The notes under the pieces are model-generated. The model was not told the DNA's origin. It saw nothing but the letters and a program-made list of their open reading frames with translations, and made no database searches. DNA of 64,000 nt from contig JAZNSN010000026.1 of assembly GCA_045591315.1 (NCBI GenBank), forward strand, positions 48,170-112,169, in the 5' to 3' direction. Both the position numbers and the translations under genes were made by a program. The stretch is from Bacteroidaceae bacterium. GTDB lineage: Bacteria; Bacteroidota; Bacteroidia; Bacteroidales; Bacteroidaceae. This document shows positions 16,698 through 25,843 of the stretch, in pieces; position 1 is the first letter of the stretch, and each line of letters starts with the position of its first letter.

Positions 16698-19600
16698 ATG
16701 AAAAGATATCTTTATTCTTTACTGTTTGTGTTGTGTACAATTTCGGGTGTGAATGCTCAGAGTTGGAGCAAGGTCTTGTCGAATGTTGACGGGCTGCCCG
16801 GTGTTGCTGTTGGTGAAGTCTCTTACGATGGCTTTTATGAGTTCACTTCGGCTTTGATTGAACCGGATAAGGCTACCGACAAGGTACGTATTACCGTGCT
16901 GGAAACTCTCAATAATGAGGCTCCTAATGGGAATAACGTTATTTTCGCCCTCTCGGAACTCAAGGTGTACGACAAGAATGGAGATGCAGTATCATACACG
17001 GCATCCTCTAATGCCGACCACAATTCCATGTCGTATGTAGATGACGGTGACGGACTGCCGGCTCTGTCCGACAATGACTATAAATCCTATTTTCACTCTA
17101 TGTGGACAGGAAATGCTCCTGTTGCCGATTATCACTATGTGGAACTCGCATTGGAGAAGAGTTTGGATTCTTTCTCATTAGAATGGACTACACGCTATGG
17201 AGAACCAAAGAATGCTCCGACAAAAGTTGCTGTGACACTTGGTACTGATTACGTTCCGGTATCTGTCGGTGACGAGTTCGTGCTCGGTGCTGCAGTAACA
17301 ACAGAAGCGGAACTGGCCGCAGAAAACCAGCTCTTTGTATTGAAAGGCAATGCGGTGAAGTCCTTTACAGCATCCAATGGAACAACCTATACGGGCAGCG
17401 GTCCTCTGTATATGCGTTATGCCGAAGAGGGCGATATCGTAGCTTCTGCGGAGAATGTGATGCAACTGGTGCCTGTGGATGATGAGCATTATATAATCTA
17501 TTGGCCTGTGGCAGGAATGTATCTTGCCAATTCTGCCAGTGTCTATAATGGCTTGAACGGCTGGCAATACAGTACTACCTTTTTGAGTAAGGCTGCTTAT
17601 GTCAAGATTACAGCAAAGAATAACGGCAAGTTCGAACTTCAGTACGACGGCGTGAACTCTGCAGGTGCATTGTCATTGTATGTCGGTGCTGAGATGCGTG
17701 ACGGAGTAGATTCCAAGATGAAGACATTCGACCTTGAGCACAAGACTGCACTTGAAAACGGAGATTATACAAAAGGCTATTCATTGCCGATGGCATTTGA
17801 ATGGGATATATACAAGGCTGTGCTAGACGATGCTACTGTTGAATCATTGAAACTCTCATTGTCGTTGCAAGCGCAGGCGATATTGCAGCCGGTCATAGAT
17901 GAGGCAAATGCAAACTTGAGCGAGTATGGCAACTTTGACGGTGATTGTGCCGGGGAGAATACAGCTTTGCAGTCGGCCATATCGGATGCGACAAACATAA
18001 TCAGCACAGTAAAGAACTTTTCCGAGATAGAGGCTGCCCGTTCGGCACTAATGGTTGCAGTGTCGGAATATATGGCTGTCGGCTTGAAGAAGTATGAACG
18101 CCGTGTGGCGGAGTTGGAGTCAACAGCTACGTACAGCAGTTATCCGTATGTCGAAGGTACATATCCCGAAAGCTCAAGGTCGATACTTGAGGGAATAGCC
18201 TCTGCTATTGCAGCAGGAAAGACTTCTGCCGGCATATATACAGCGGAACAGTATGAAAATCTATTTGCACAGATAGAAAGCGATATTGCTCAGTTCGAAT
18301 CGACGAAAATTGTGAATTCCGGCGGTTCCGGCGGAGAGAGCGGGGGGGATAATGAGAGTACGGTTGAGGAAGAAACTGTGTACGTATATCTATCGAAAGG
18401 CGGTGTTGATGCATACGTCATTGCGTCGCTCGACGGCAATTACTATGAAGAGAACGGAAGCCTATGCTTCCCTATTAAGGACGGAGACACGGTACGCTAT
18501 ACCCAGTCGGAATATGACAGCTGTTCTACTATAAAACCGGAGCTTCCGTATATGACTTCATTCAAGTTCAACAACAAGTATAACCCGAACCTGAACGTCG
18601 ATGCCATTGCCGATACTGTAACAACGGATATATATATCAGCCTTAATGCAATAGGCAAATGGCTGACAGCAAGCTTCCAACTGAGCGATGACAAGGCTGT
18701 AGCGTTTGTCGATACAGTATTGCAGGAGAGCAAGGTTACACGCCAAAGCTTTGCCGATAAAGTGACCTACAGGGTAACATATCCCGGTTACAATATTGTT
18801 GAAAGGGTAAAGGTTCAGGACGAAATATGGACTACTCCTGTCGTTAACGGTGATACAGTGGAGGTTAGTCTTGCAGCAGCTATGCTCTCAACCAACAAAC
18901 CTTCGCAGATGTCTGATGAGTCGCTTGCCAATTTGCTTGACAGCAATCCGTCAACTATTTTCCATTCGACATGGGGCAGTGCAAACAATGCGACAATTAA
19001 TGTCAATACTCATATCGATATAGATTTGCCGGAGTCTTTGGAGAACATTCAGCTATACTACAAGTGCAGGCCGCAAAGGGGTTACAATCCTCTTGTCTGG
19101 GAAATATACGCAAGCAATGACGGCAGTATGTGGACGCTTGTGCGTACCCTAGACTACACCAAGGACAATATGCCTACAGGCGGTGCCGGTCAGGAATATA
19201 CCTCGCCGACAATATCTCTTGGAGACAGCTATTCGAAACTCAGGATATTGCAGACAAGCGGTGAATATTCAAAGAATCATCTAGTGCTCTCGGAGTTGCG
19301 TGTTTACAAGGTCCTTGAAGGTCCTAGCGAGGAACCTGTCAAGATTCAGGATGCAATATACGAGAATCGTCACAAGCCTTTCGGCCGTGAGTATAATGTG
19401 ACGGTAGAGTGGCTTACTGAGAATGCCGTGTCTGTGCCGCGTATCGATATTGACATTGACGGCGGCCAGTCGGTTACAAGCAAGGATTATTACTTGAATG
19501 CAAATTTCCGTATAACAGGTTATGGCGTATATGAGAATTTTGTGGACTCTGTGCAGATAAAGGGACGCGGTAACTCGTCGTGGAGTTATTCAAAGAAACC

Positions 19601-21401
19601 ATATCGTCTGAAGTTTGCCGAAAAAGTGAAGCCTTTCGGCCTAACTAAGGGCAAGAGCTGGGTTTTGCTTGCAAATGCCCAGAGAGGGTCGCTTATGGCT
19701 AATGCAATATCAATGAAGATAGGTCAGATGGCCGGAGCGCATTATACAAACCATATAATACCTGTAGATCTTTATATCAACGGCCAATACATGGGCAACT
19801 ATATGTTTACCGAAAAGATAGGACTGGCGAACAATAGCGTGGATATAGACGAAGATTTGGGCTATCTGCTGGAATTGGATACATACGGCAGCACCGATGA
19901 GCCGATACAAAGGACCGGAGTATATAATCTTCCGGTCAAGATAAATGAACCCGACTTGAGTGATTATGCGGCTGATGTCGCGGCAGCGCGCCGTACGGCA
20001 ATGATCAATGATGTTAAGGAGATGTCGAATGCGATTTTCTATGACGGGGATATTGAGAGTGTATTGGATGTAGATGCTCTTGCACGCTTCTATCTTGCCA
20101 ACGACCTCTCTTTGAATCAGGAGATAAATCACCCGAAGAGCACGTTCCTGTACAAGAACGAAAGTGACTCGGAAGGCAAGCTTACATTTGGTCCGATATG
20201 GGATTTCGATTGGGGCTACGGATACGAGACAAGCAGTTCCTACTGTTACTCCAATGCAACATCAAGCAATATTAACTTCAATATGCAAGCTAGCGGTTTC
20301 TGGGAGGATGTGACAAATAACGATACCTTCAGGAAACATTACTATAGAGTGTGGAAAGAGTTCCTTGACAATAACAGTATAAAGGAACTGGAGGATTATA
20401 TCGACAGCTATTACAATTTTGCCAAGAACTCGTTCGGCAGCAATGCTGTCATCTGGGGCAGCTCTTGCGGTTTCAGCGAAAGTGACAGGGATCGTGCAAA
20501 GCAGTGGCTCAATGACAGAAAGGATTATATCTTCAGCAATCTGTCTGAGCAAGATATTGATGACCTGATATATTCTATGGCAGGTGATGTTGACTGCAAC
20601 AATGTCTTGACGGTACATGATGTTGCTCTGATAACAGCATATCTGAATGGTGTCACTGTAGATTCGTTCCATGAGGGAAAGGCTGATGTTGACGAGAATG
20701 GCAAGATTGAGGCTGATGATGTGGCCGGTACAGCCGAGTGTGTTCTTTTCGGTGATGTTCCGTCATCAATGTACTGGTACAACACTCCGTTGGCAGAAGG
20801 AGCGTTGTCTGCAAACGATATTGAACTTGAAGTAGGTGCAGAGCAGGCTGTTGAACTGCTTGTGTCGAGCAATGCAAGCGAGAGCTATACTGCATTGCAG
20901 TTCGATATAAACCTTCCCGATGGGCTGGAAGTATATGATGTCGTTGCAGGAAACAGCCTTGAATCGTCTCAGGCTGTCTTTACTCAGAAGGATATGAATA
21001 ACTATAGGGTTGTTGTCTATTCCGACAGCAATTCGCAGTTTGAGCCCGGTGACAATGTCGCTGTAAACCTGACATTGCTGGCTTCTGATGTAATAGAAGA
21101 GTCTGCACGCAAACTCTTATTGAGCAATATATATGTTGTTGACGGAAACAATGAGGAACTCCGTATGGCAGAAACTTCTTTGGCCTTTACTCATGCAACA
21201 TCTGTATGCGATGGCTTTGAGGCATATTCTGTCAAAGGCGGTTCATGCATAACAGTGACTGTACTGAATGATACTGATGTTACGGTATATGGCATAGACG
21301 GCCGTATGGTGCGCAAGCTCACTGTTAAGGAAGGTACGACATGTATCAATGTGCCTGAAGGTATGTATATTGTAAATGGCAAGAAGGTGCTTGTCAGGTA
21401 G
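16698..21401 (+). CDS. Giant secreted multidomain protein: discoidin (F5/8 type C)-like modules, CotH kinase-like domain, dockerin repeats, cohesin-like module, T9SS C-terminal sorting domain (1567 aa)
   Basis: The signal peptide ends ...ISGVNAQ. Discoidin-like motifs are present (ALSELKVYD, LLDSNPSTIFHSTWG...LSELRVYKV). The CotH motifs are IKGRGNSSWSYSKKPYRLKF, KSWVLLANAQ, LYINGQYMGNYMFTEKI and GPIWDFDWGYG. The dockerin loops are GDVDCNNVLTVHDVALITAYLNG and ADVDENGKIEADDV. The C-terminal tail ...VTVYGIDGRMVRKLTVKEGTTCINVPEGMYIVNGKKVLVR is a type-A T9SS CTD. Confidence 0.8.
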   Translation: MKRYLYSLLFVLCTISGVNAQSWSKVLSNVDGLPGVAVGEVSYDGFYEFTSALIEPDKATDKVRITVLETLNNEAPNGNNVIFALSELKVYDKNGDAVSYTASSNADHNSMSYVDDGDGLPALSDNDYKSYFHSMWTGNAPVADYHYVELALEKSLDSFSLEWTTRYGEPKNAPTKVAVTLGTDYVPVSVGDEFVLGAAVTTEAELAAENQLFVLKGNAVKSFTASNGTTYTGSGPLYMRYAEEGDIVASAENVMQLVPVDDEHYIIYWPVAGMYLANSASVYNGLNGWQYSTTFLSKAAYVKITAKNNGKFELQYDGVNSAGALSLYVGAEMRDGVDSKMKTFDLEHKTALENGDYTKGYSLPMAFEWDIYKAVLDDATVESLKLSLSLQAQAILQPVIDEANANLSEYGNFDGDCAGENTALQSAISDATNIISTVKNFSEIEAARSALMVAVSEYMAVGLKKYERRVAELESTATYSSYPYVEGTYPESSRSILEGIASAIAAGKTSAGIYTAEQYENLFAQIESDIAQFESTKIVNSGGSGGESGGDNESTVEEETVYVYLSKGGVDAYVIASLDGNYYEENGSLCFPIKDGDTVRYTQSEYDSCSTIKPELPYMTSFKFNNKYNPNLNVDAIADTVTTDIYISLNAIGKWLTASFQLSDDKAVAFVDTVLQESKVTRQSFADKVTYRVTYPGYNIVERVKVQDEIWTTPVVNGDTVEVSLAAAMLSTNKPSQMSDESLANLLDSNPSTIFHSTWGSANNATINVNTHIDIDLPESLENIQLYYKCRPQRGYNPLVWEIYASNDGSMWTLVRTLDYTKDNMPTGGAGQEYTSPTISLGDSYSKLRILQTSGEYSKNHLVLSELRVYKVLEGPSEEPVKIQDAIYENRHKPFGREYNVTVEWLTENAVSVPRIDIDIDGGQSVTSKDYYLNANFRITGYGVYENFVDSVQIKGRGNSSWSYSKKPYRLKFAEKVKPFGLTKGKSWVLLANAQRGSLMANAISMKIGQMAGAHYTNHIIPVDLYINGQYMGNYMFTEKIGLANNSVDIDEDLGYLLELDTYGSTDEPIQRTGVYNLPVKINEPDLSDYAADVAAARRTAMINDVKEMSNAIFYDGDIESVLDVDALARFYLANDLSLNQEINHPKSTFLYKNESDSEGKLTFGPIWDFDWGYGYETSSSYCYSNATSSNINFNMQASGFWEDVTNNDTFRKHYYRVWKEFLDNNSIKELEDYIDSYYNFAKNSFGSNAVIWGSSCGFSESDRDRAKQWLNDRKDYIFSNLSEQDIDDLIYSMAGDVDCNNVLTVHDVALITAYLNGVTVDSFHEGKADVDENGKIEADDVAGTAECVLFGDVPSSMYWYNTPLAEGALSANDIELEVGAEQAVELLVSSNASESYTALQFDINLPDGLEVYDVVAGNSLESSQAVFTQKDMNNYRVVVYSDSNSQFEPGDNVAVNLTLLASDVIEESARKLLLSNIYVVDGNNEELRMAETSLAFTHATSVCDGFEAYSVKGGSCITVTVLNDTDVTVYGIDGRMVRKLTVKEGTTCINVPEGMYIVNGKKVLVR

Positions 21402-21451
21402 AAGGCAATTTTCCGGTTCAAGAACTGGAGCAACAATTTCCCTGAAGCAAT

Positions 21452-21493
21452 AAAACAGCAAGTGAGGCAAGATTTTGCCTCACTTGCTGTTTT
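21452..21493. terminator. Bidirectional terminator between convergent genes
   Basis: A 19-bp perfect stem (aaaacagcaagtgaggcaa / ttgcctcacttgctgtttt) has the loop gatt. Confidence 0.8.
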
Positions 21494-21557
21494 ATCTCAT
21501 TCGCATACCGGGCGTACTACGCGGCCCTGATACCGATAAGAGCCTCCATCGCCCACG

Positions 21558-21815
21558 CTATAAGAGTTGCTCTATTGCAGTGTTCTCACCTTTTTCGAAT
21601 CTGAAATCTTTTACGTCGGAACGTAGCAGTTCTATTGTTGCTGTTGATGATATTACCTTGAAGTTCTCGCCGGCAAATGTTATTTCGGGGTTCTCCGGCA
21701 AAGGAAACGTTGCGGAACTGCCGTCGTTCAAGTAAACTACAAGGTTGTTTTGTGCCATGGCATAGGGGCTTAGCAGCATAAGCAATAAAAAAATTGTGAG
21801 TCTGATTTTTCTCAT
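21558..21815 (-). CDS. Small secreted hypothetical protein (85 aa)
   Basis: It has a clear signal peptide (MRKIRLTIFLLLMLLSPYAMAQ) and its own -7 box 44 nt upstream. I recognise no motif. Confidence 0.55.
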   Translation of the reverse strand: MRKIRLTIFLLLMLLSPYAMAQNNLVVYLNDGSSATFPLPENPEITFAGENFKVISSTATIELLRSDVKDFRFEKGENTAIEQLL

Positions 21816-21858
21816 AGGCTTTTAGTGGATTTTATAGGATAATAATTCTAAAATGTGT

Positions 21859-21866
21859 ACAAATTT
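21859..21866 (-). promoter_or_regulatory. -7 box (TAAATTTG on the minus strand) for the 85-aa gene
   Basis: This is an exact TAnnTTTG match in an AT-rich spacer. Confidence 0.4.
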
Positions 21867-21911
21867 ATATAATTATCCATAATTACCCCCCCAATTGTTA
21901 AATAATATTAA

Positions 21912-21944
21912 AAGCAGGCTAAGGAATTATTTCCCCGCCTGCTT
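21912..21944 (-). terminator. Terminator after the S46 peptidase gene
   Basis: The stem aagcaggc / gcctgctt has an inner ggaa/ttcc extension and is followed on the minus strand by a U-rich tract. Confidence 0.55.
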
Positions 21945-21965
21945 AATTAAATCCTAGTATGTATC

Positions 21966-24107
21966 TTACTTCACGATATTCATCTCATCGATAAGACGTT
22001 TGCAGCCTCCTAACTTGTCAATTACGAAGAGGACATAACGGATATCGACATTGATGCAACGCTGCAGGTTGTCGTCGAAGTTGATGTCACCGCTGAGCGA
22101 TTCCCAGTTGCCGTCAAATGCAAGTCCTATAAGTTCTCCGCGTGAGTTCAGCACACCGCTTCCGCTGTTGCCGCCTGTGATGTCGTTAGTAGTAAGGAAT
22201 GCTACAGGCATCTCTCCATTGGGGAGCGCATACTGGCCATAGTCCTTGGTCTCGTAAAGCTCCTTAAGACGTGCCGGCACGATAAACTCGCTGTTGTCAG
22301 GGTCTTCCTTCTCCATTACGCCCTTGAGAGTAGTGTAGTGGTTGAATGTAACGCCGTCCTTGGGCTGGTAAGACTTCACGTTGCCGTATGTGAGTCGCAT
22401 TGTGAAGTTGGCATCGGGATATACGGGTGCACCATTTGCCATCTCCATGATACCTCTTATATATGTCTTGTGCAGCGGGTTCATCACCTTTGCGAACTCC
22501 TGGGTTTTTGTAGCCAGTTCAAGGTATGAAGAGTATATCGCAAAGCGTAGCTTATATGCCGGATCATTCTCGAAAGCCTTGAGTGTAGGCTTCTTCATGA
22601 ACTTGTCGAAGTTGCTCTTGTTGGCAAGGATTGATTTGCTATATACCATGTCGAGATACTTGTCTGTATCTCCCTTGTACTTTGCATATACTTCGTTGAG
22701 GTAAGCGTTACGTTCTTCTGGCTTTGTAAGCTCAAAGTAGAGAGGAAGTACCTGTTTGGCGATGCGGAGGTCAATCTCATGTATATAGTCGCGGTTGTGA
22801 AGCCAGTTGTAGATATTCTCCATGGTGCCGGCAATGGCATCGGGGCTGTCGAATACCTTCCTGTTGCCCTCAGTGAGGTTGCGTGAGAAGAATTCCACAT
22901 TGCTTATAAGTTCAGTGGTAAGTGTCATGAGGTAAACAGTGCGGTTCATCTCTGCAACGCATGCATTTATCTTCTCGACTACAGCCGCATACTCGCTCTT
23001 GCCGTTCTGTTCTGCCCATAGCTTGAATGAAGCCTCCTCGGCAAGCTTGGTCTCAACCACCTTGTTATCTACAATGGCTTTGTTCATTCCTATGGAGTTC
23101 TTCCAATAGTTGCTTATGCGTGCGAGCTTATTGGCATATTTGATGGCGATATCCTCGCTTTTCTCCATCTCTTCGCGGATAATCTTAAGGGTTACGTCGC
23201 GCATTGCTATGCGTGGCTCATTGCCCTGATACATTCTCTGCTTTACCTCATCGCCGGTAAGGTAGCGTGAGGTGCTTCCGGGGAATCCCATAATCATGGC
23301 AAAGTCGCCATACTCAAAGCCTGCAAGAGAAATGCTCAGGTGCTTCGGAGTGCTCAATGGCACGTTCTCCTTGCTATAGGCAGCCGGGTTACCGTTCTTG
23401 TCGGCATAGATGCGGAATACAGAGAAGTCGCCAGTGTGGCGTGGCCACATCCAGTTGTCGGTCTCGCCGCCGAACTTTCCGATTGAGTTGGGGGGTGTGG
23501 CTACAAGGCGCACATCGGTATATTTCTTGTAATATACAAGATAGAACCTGTTGCCTTCGAAGTATGGCAACAACTGCGGGTACATGTGTTCTTTGCCTTC
23601 GATGTTGTCTGCCTTGAACAACTCCATGCCAATCTTGGCAAGTTCCTGACGGTTGAAAGACTGCTCTTCGGTAATCTTGCCCTCTCTTATACGGCTGTTT
23701 ATCTCGTCTGTCACATCCTTTATCTTTACAACGAAGGTGAATGCGATATTCTCGCACGGGAGCTCCTCTTCATAGCTCTGGCTCCAGAAACCGTTGTGCA
23801 GGTAGTTGTGCTCGACAGTACTCAGTTGCTGTATGAAACTGAAACCGCAGTGGTGGTTTGTGATTACAAGGCCGTTAGGCGATATTACTTCACCGGTACA
23901 TCCTCCGCCAAAAATGCCTATGGCATCCTTGATTGAAGGAGCGTCGGGTGAGTATATGTCATCTACCGAAATGTTGAGTCCCTGCTTGCGCATCTGGTCC
24001 TCAAGGTTCTGCTGACGCATCAGCTGTAGAAGCCACATTCCCTCGTCAGCCATGAGCTGCGGGGTGGCGAGTACTGCAATGAGCAGTGTTGCAAATAGTT
24101 TTCTCAT
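21966..24107 (-). CDS. S46-family dipeptidyl-peptidase (DPP7/DPP11 type)
   Basis: The N-terminus after the signal peptide reads ADEGMWLL, the catalytic-His region reads VITNHHCG, and the Ser region reads TGGNSGSGVLN. Length is 713 aa. Confidence 0.85.
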   Translation of the reverse strand: MRKLFATLLIAVLATPQLMADEGMWLLQLMRQQNLEDQMRKQGLNISVDDIYSPDAPSIKDAIGIFGGGCTGEVISPNGLVITNHHCGFSFIQQLSTVEHNYLHNGFWSQSYEEELPCENIAFTFVVKIKDVTDEINSRIREGKITEEQSFNRQELAKIGMELFKADNIEGKEHMYPQLLPYFEGNRFYLVYYKKYTDVRLVATPPNSIGKFGGETDNWMWPRHTGDFSVFRIYADKNGNPAAYSKENVPLSTPKHLSISLAGFEYGDFAMIMGFPGSTSRYLTGDEVKQRMYQGNEPRIAMRDVTLKIIREEMEKSEDIAIKYANKLARISNYWKNSIGMNKAIVDNKVVETKLAEEASFKLWAEQNGKSEYAAVVEKINACVAEMNRTVYLMTLTTELISNVEFFSRNLTEGNRKVFDSPDAIAGTMENIYNWLHNRDYIHEIDLRIAKQVLPLYFELTKPEERNAYLNEVYAKYKGDTDKYLDMVYSKSILANKSNFDKFMKKPTLKAFENDPAYKLRFAIYSSYLELATKTQEFAKVMNPLHKTYIRGIMEMANGAPVYPDANFTMRLTYGNVKSYQPKDGVTFNHYTTLKGVMEKEDPDNSEFIVPARLKELYETKDYGQYALPNGEMPVAFLTTNDITGGNSGSGVLNSRGELIGLAFDGNWESLSGDINFDDNLQRCINVDIRYVLFVIDKLGGCKRLIDEMNIVK

Positions 24108-24146
24108 AATGATATTTTGTTTTTTTTTGAAAAATGTTCCAATATG

Positions 24147-24154
24147 CGAAGATA
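24147..24154 (-). promoter_or_regulatory. -7 box (TATCTTCG on the minus strand) for the S46 peptidase gene
   Basis: This variant of TAnnTTTG recurs in this window. It lies 40 nt upstream of the ATG. Confidence 0.4.
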
Positions 24155-24293
24155 CGCCAAAAAATGCTCTTATTTGTCTGTTTGTAAATGTTTTTTAATC
24201 ATTGGAGGCTTTTTGTTAAAAGGAACGCATCTCTGTTTTCCTTTTTTAATATTTAATAAGAATATACCCTTTCCGTGGTATAAGTTTCTGTAC

Positions 24294-24301
24294 TATATTT
24301 G
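24294..24301 (+). promoter_or_regulatory. -7 box (TATATTTG)
   Basis: This is an exact TAnnTTTG match, 41 nt upstream of the ATG at 24342. Confidence 0.45.
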
Positions 24302-24341
24302 CTTCATGCTCAACAACAGCTATGCTATAAAACGAATTGCT

Positions 24342-25028
24342 ATGTTCAGGTTTCTTGTACTCTCTTTCTCTGTTCTCTTTTTGCTGCTGAACTCCTCATG
24401 CGGCAGGAATGGATATACGCTTAACGGCAGTGTGGCGCATAGCTTCTTCAATGGCGATTCTGTCTATGCGGTTTCTTTGTCATCCGACAGCTTTGCCGTT
24501 GTTTCCAAAGGAGTTATAGAAGGAGGTACGTTCTTTTTGTCCGGCAATACTGATTCTATAATAATTGCATCGTTGTATATATCACAAAGACTGATTGTTC
24601 CTTTTGTGACAGAGGCAGGAGATATTATTGTTTCTATAGGTGAAGATGGGGCTAGGGTCAAGGGCACGCCTCTTAACGATGCTTTGGGGAACTATCTGGC
24701 TGTCAAGGACAGTTTCGACATGCTCATGACTGATATATTGCGCAACGAGGCCCGTCTGCTCATGGAGGGTGTTCCTGCAAATGAAGCACGTAAACTTGTT
24801 GAGCAGGATTTTGTTCTCGCGTTAGATGATGTCGAGACGTATATCGACAGTTTGGTACGTGCACATTATAATGATGCCGTAGGGCCATTTGTTTTGGGCC
24901 TGTACTGTAATGGCATGAACTATGGAATGCTGCGTCCTAAGATACAGACCCTTATAAATGACGCACCTAAGAGCTTCCGTAACAGCCGTTTTACGGAATC
25001 TCTCAGGATGCTTAAGAATGACAGGTAA
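24342..25028 (+). CDS. Lipoprotein with a DUF4369-like N-terminal domain and no thioredoxin domain
   Basis: The lipobox is MFRFLVLSFSVLFLLLNSSC. The segment YTLNGSV...GTFFLSGNTDS resembles the N-terminal module of Bacteroidales TlpA-like proteins. I moved the start from 24117 because the promoter box lies inside that extension. Confidence 0.6.
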   Translation: MFRFLVLSFSVLFLLLNSSCGRNGYTLNGSVAHSFFNGDSVYAVSLSSDSFAVVSKGVIEGGTFFLSGNTDSIIIASLYISQRLIVPFVTEAGDIIVSIGEDGARVKGTPLNDALGNYLAVKDSFDMLMTDILRNEARLLMEGVPANEARKLVEQDFVLALDDVETYIDSLVRAHYNDAVGPFVLGLYCNGMNYGMLRPKIQTLINDAPKSFRNSRFTESLRMLKNDR

Positions 25029-25030
25029 TC

Positions 25031-25771
25031 TTACTTCTCTTCCAGTGCGCTTGCTATAGCTGCACGTGTCTCCTGCATCATTCGTTCCACATTCTCGCTG
25101 TCACGTCCTTTGCACTCTACAGGAGCGTGGAATGTGAGCGTTATCGGTGACCAGTGCAAGCACTTGCATCCTTTTGGAAGAATGTCGTACGAACCTTGTA
25201 TTGTAACAGGTATAATCGGTTTCTGTGCCATGTTCGCAATGACGAATGCTCCCTTCTTGAACGGGCCCAGCTTGCCGTCGGCGCAACGTGTTCCTTCGGC
25301 AAAAATTGTCATTGACTTGCCGCCTTTCAGAATGTTCAAAGCCTTTCTCAGGAGGTCCTTCTGCGGAGTGGTGCGGTTTACGAATATATGGTCGGTCTCG
25401 GCGCATGCCTTGCCAAGCAAAGGCACTTTGCGCAGAGATTCCTTCATAATCCATTTGAAGTTCTTGGTTGCATAGCCATACATTACAAGAACATCGAACA
25501 TGCCCTGGTGGTTTGCAACAAAAATGTAGTTCTTCTCCTTGCTTCTGTCAACATATTTGTCCCGGTCAACTATCCTTACAGGGATAAAGAACAGCCAACA
25601 GGTCAGCTTGCACCATATAATGGCCGGGTAATAGTCGCCGTTCTTTACTTTCAGATACTTGCCGAACACTAGAATTGCAATAGATGTCAGGCCTGTAAGC
25701 AGAATCGCTGCCCACCATGCAAAAACAACCTGATAGAGCACGTAGAATGGGTGTAGAATCTTCTTCAGCAT
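25031..25771 (-). CDS. plsC: 1-acyl-sn-glycerol-3-phosphate acyltransferase
   Basis: It has the HX4D motif NHQGMFD, the motif FAEGTR, and an N-terminal TM segment. Confidence 0.85.
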   Translation of the reverse strand: MLKKILHPFYVLYQVVFAWWAAILLTGLTSIAILVFGKYLKVKNGDYYPAIIWCKLTCWLFFIPVRIVDRDKYVDRSKEKNYIFVANHQGMFDVLVMYGYATKNFKWIMKESLRKVPLLGKACAETDHIFVNRTTPQKDLLRKALNILKGGKSMTIFAEGTRCADGKLGPFKKGAFVIANMAQKPIIPVTIQGSYDILPKGCKCLHWSPITLTFHAPVECKGRDSENVERMMQETRAAIASALEEK

Positions 25772-25843
25772 ATTGGTCTGTCGTTTTTTTGTTCGTTAAT
25801 GTTGTAAATATAGTGCTTTTTGGGATAAAACCCAACTTTTGAC

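Noticed and set aside
16315-21900. I considered whether the CotH gene block is a genomic island integrated at tRNA-Pro.
   Set aside because: The tRNA 3' end, which is the usual att site, points away from the CotH gene. I saw no integrase and no direct repeat of the tRNA 3' end near 21.5-21.9 kb.
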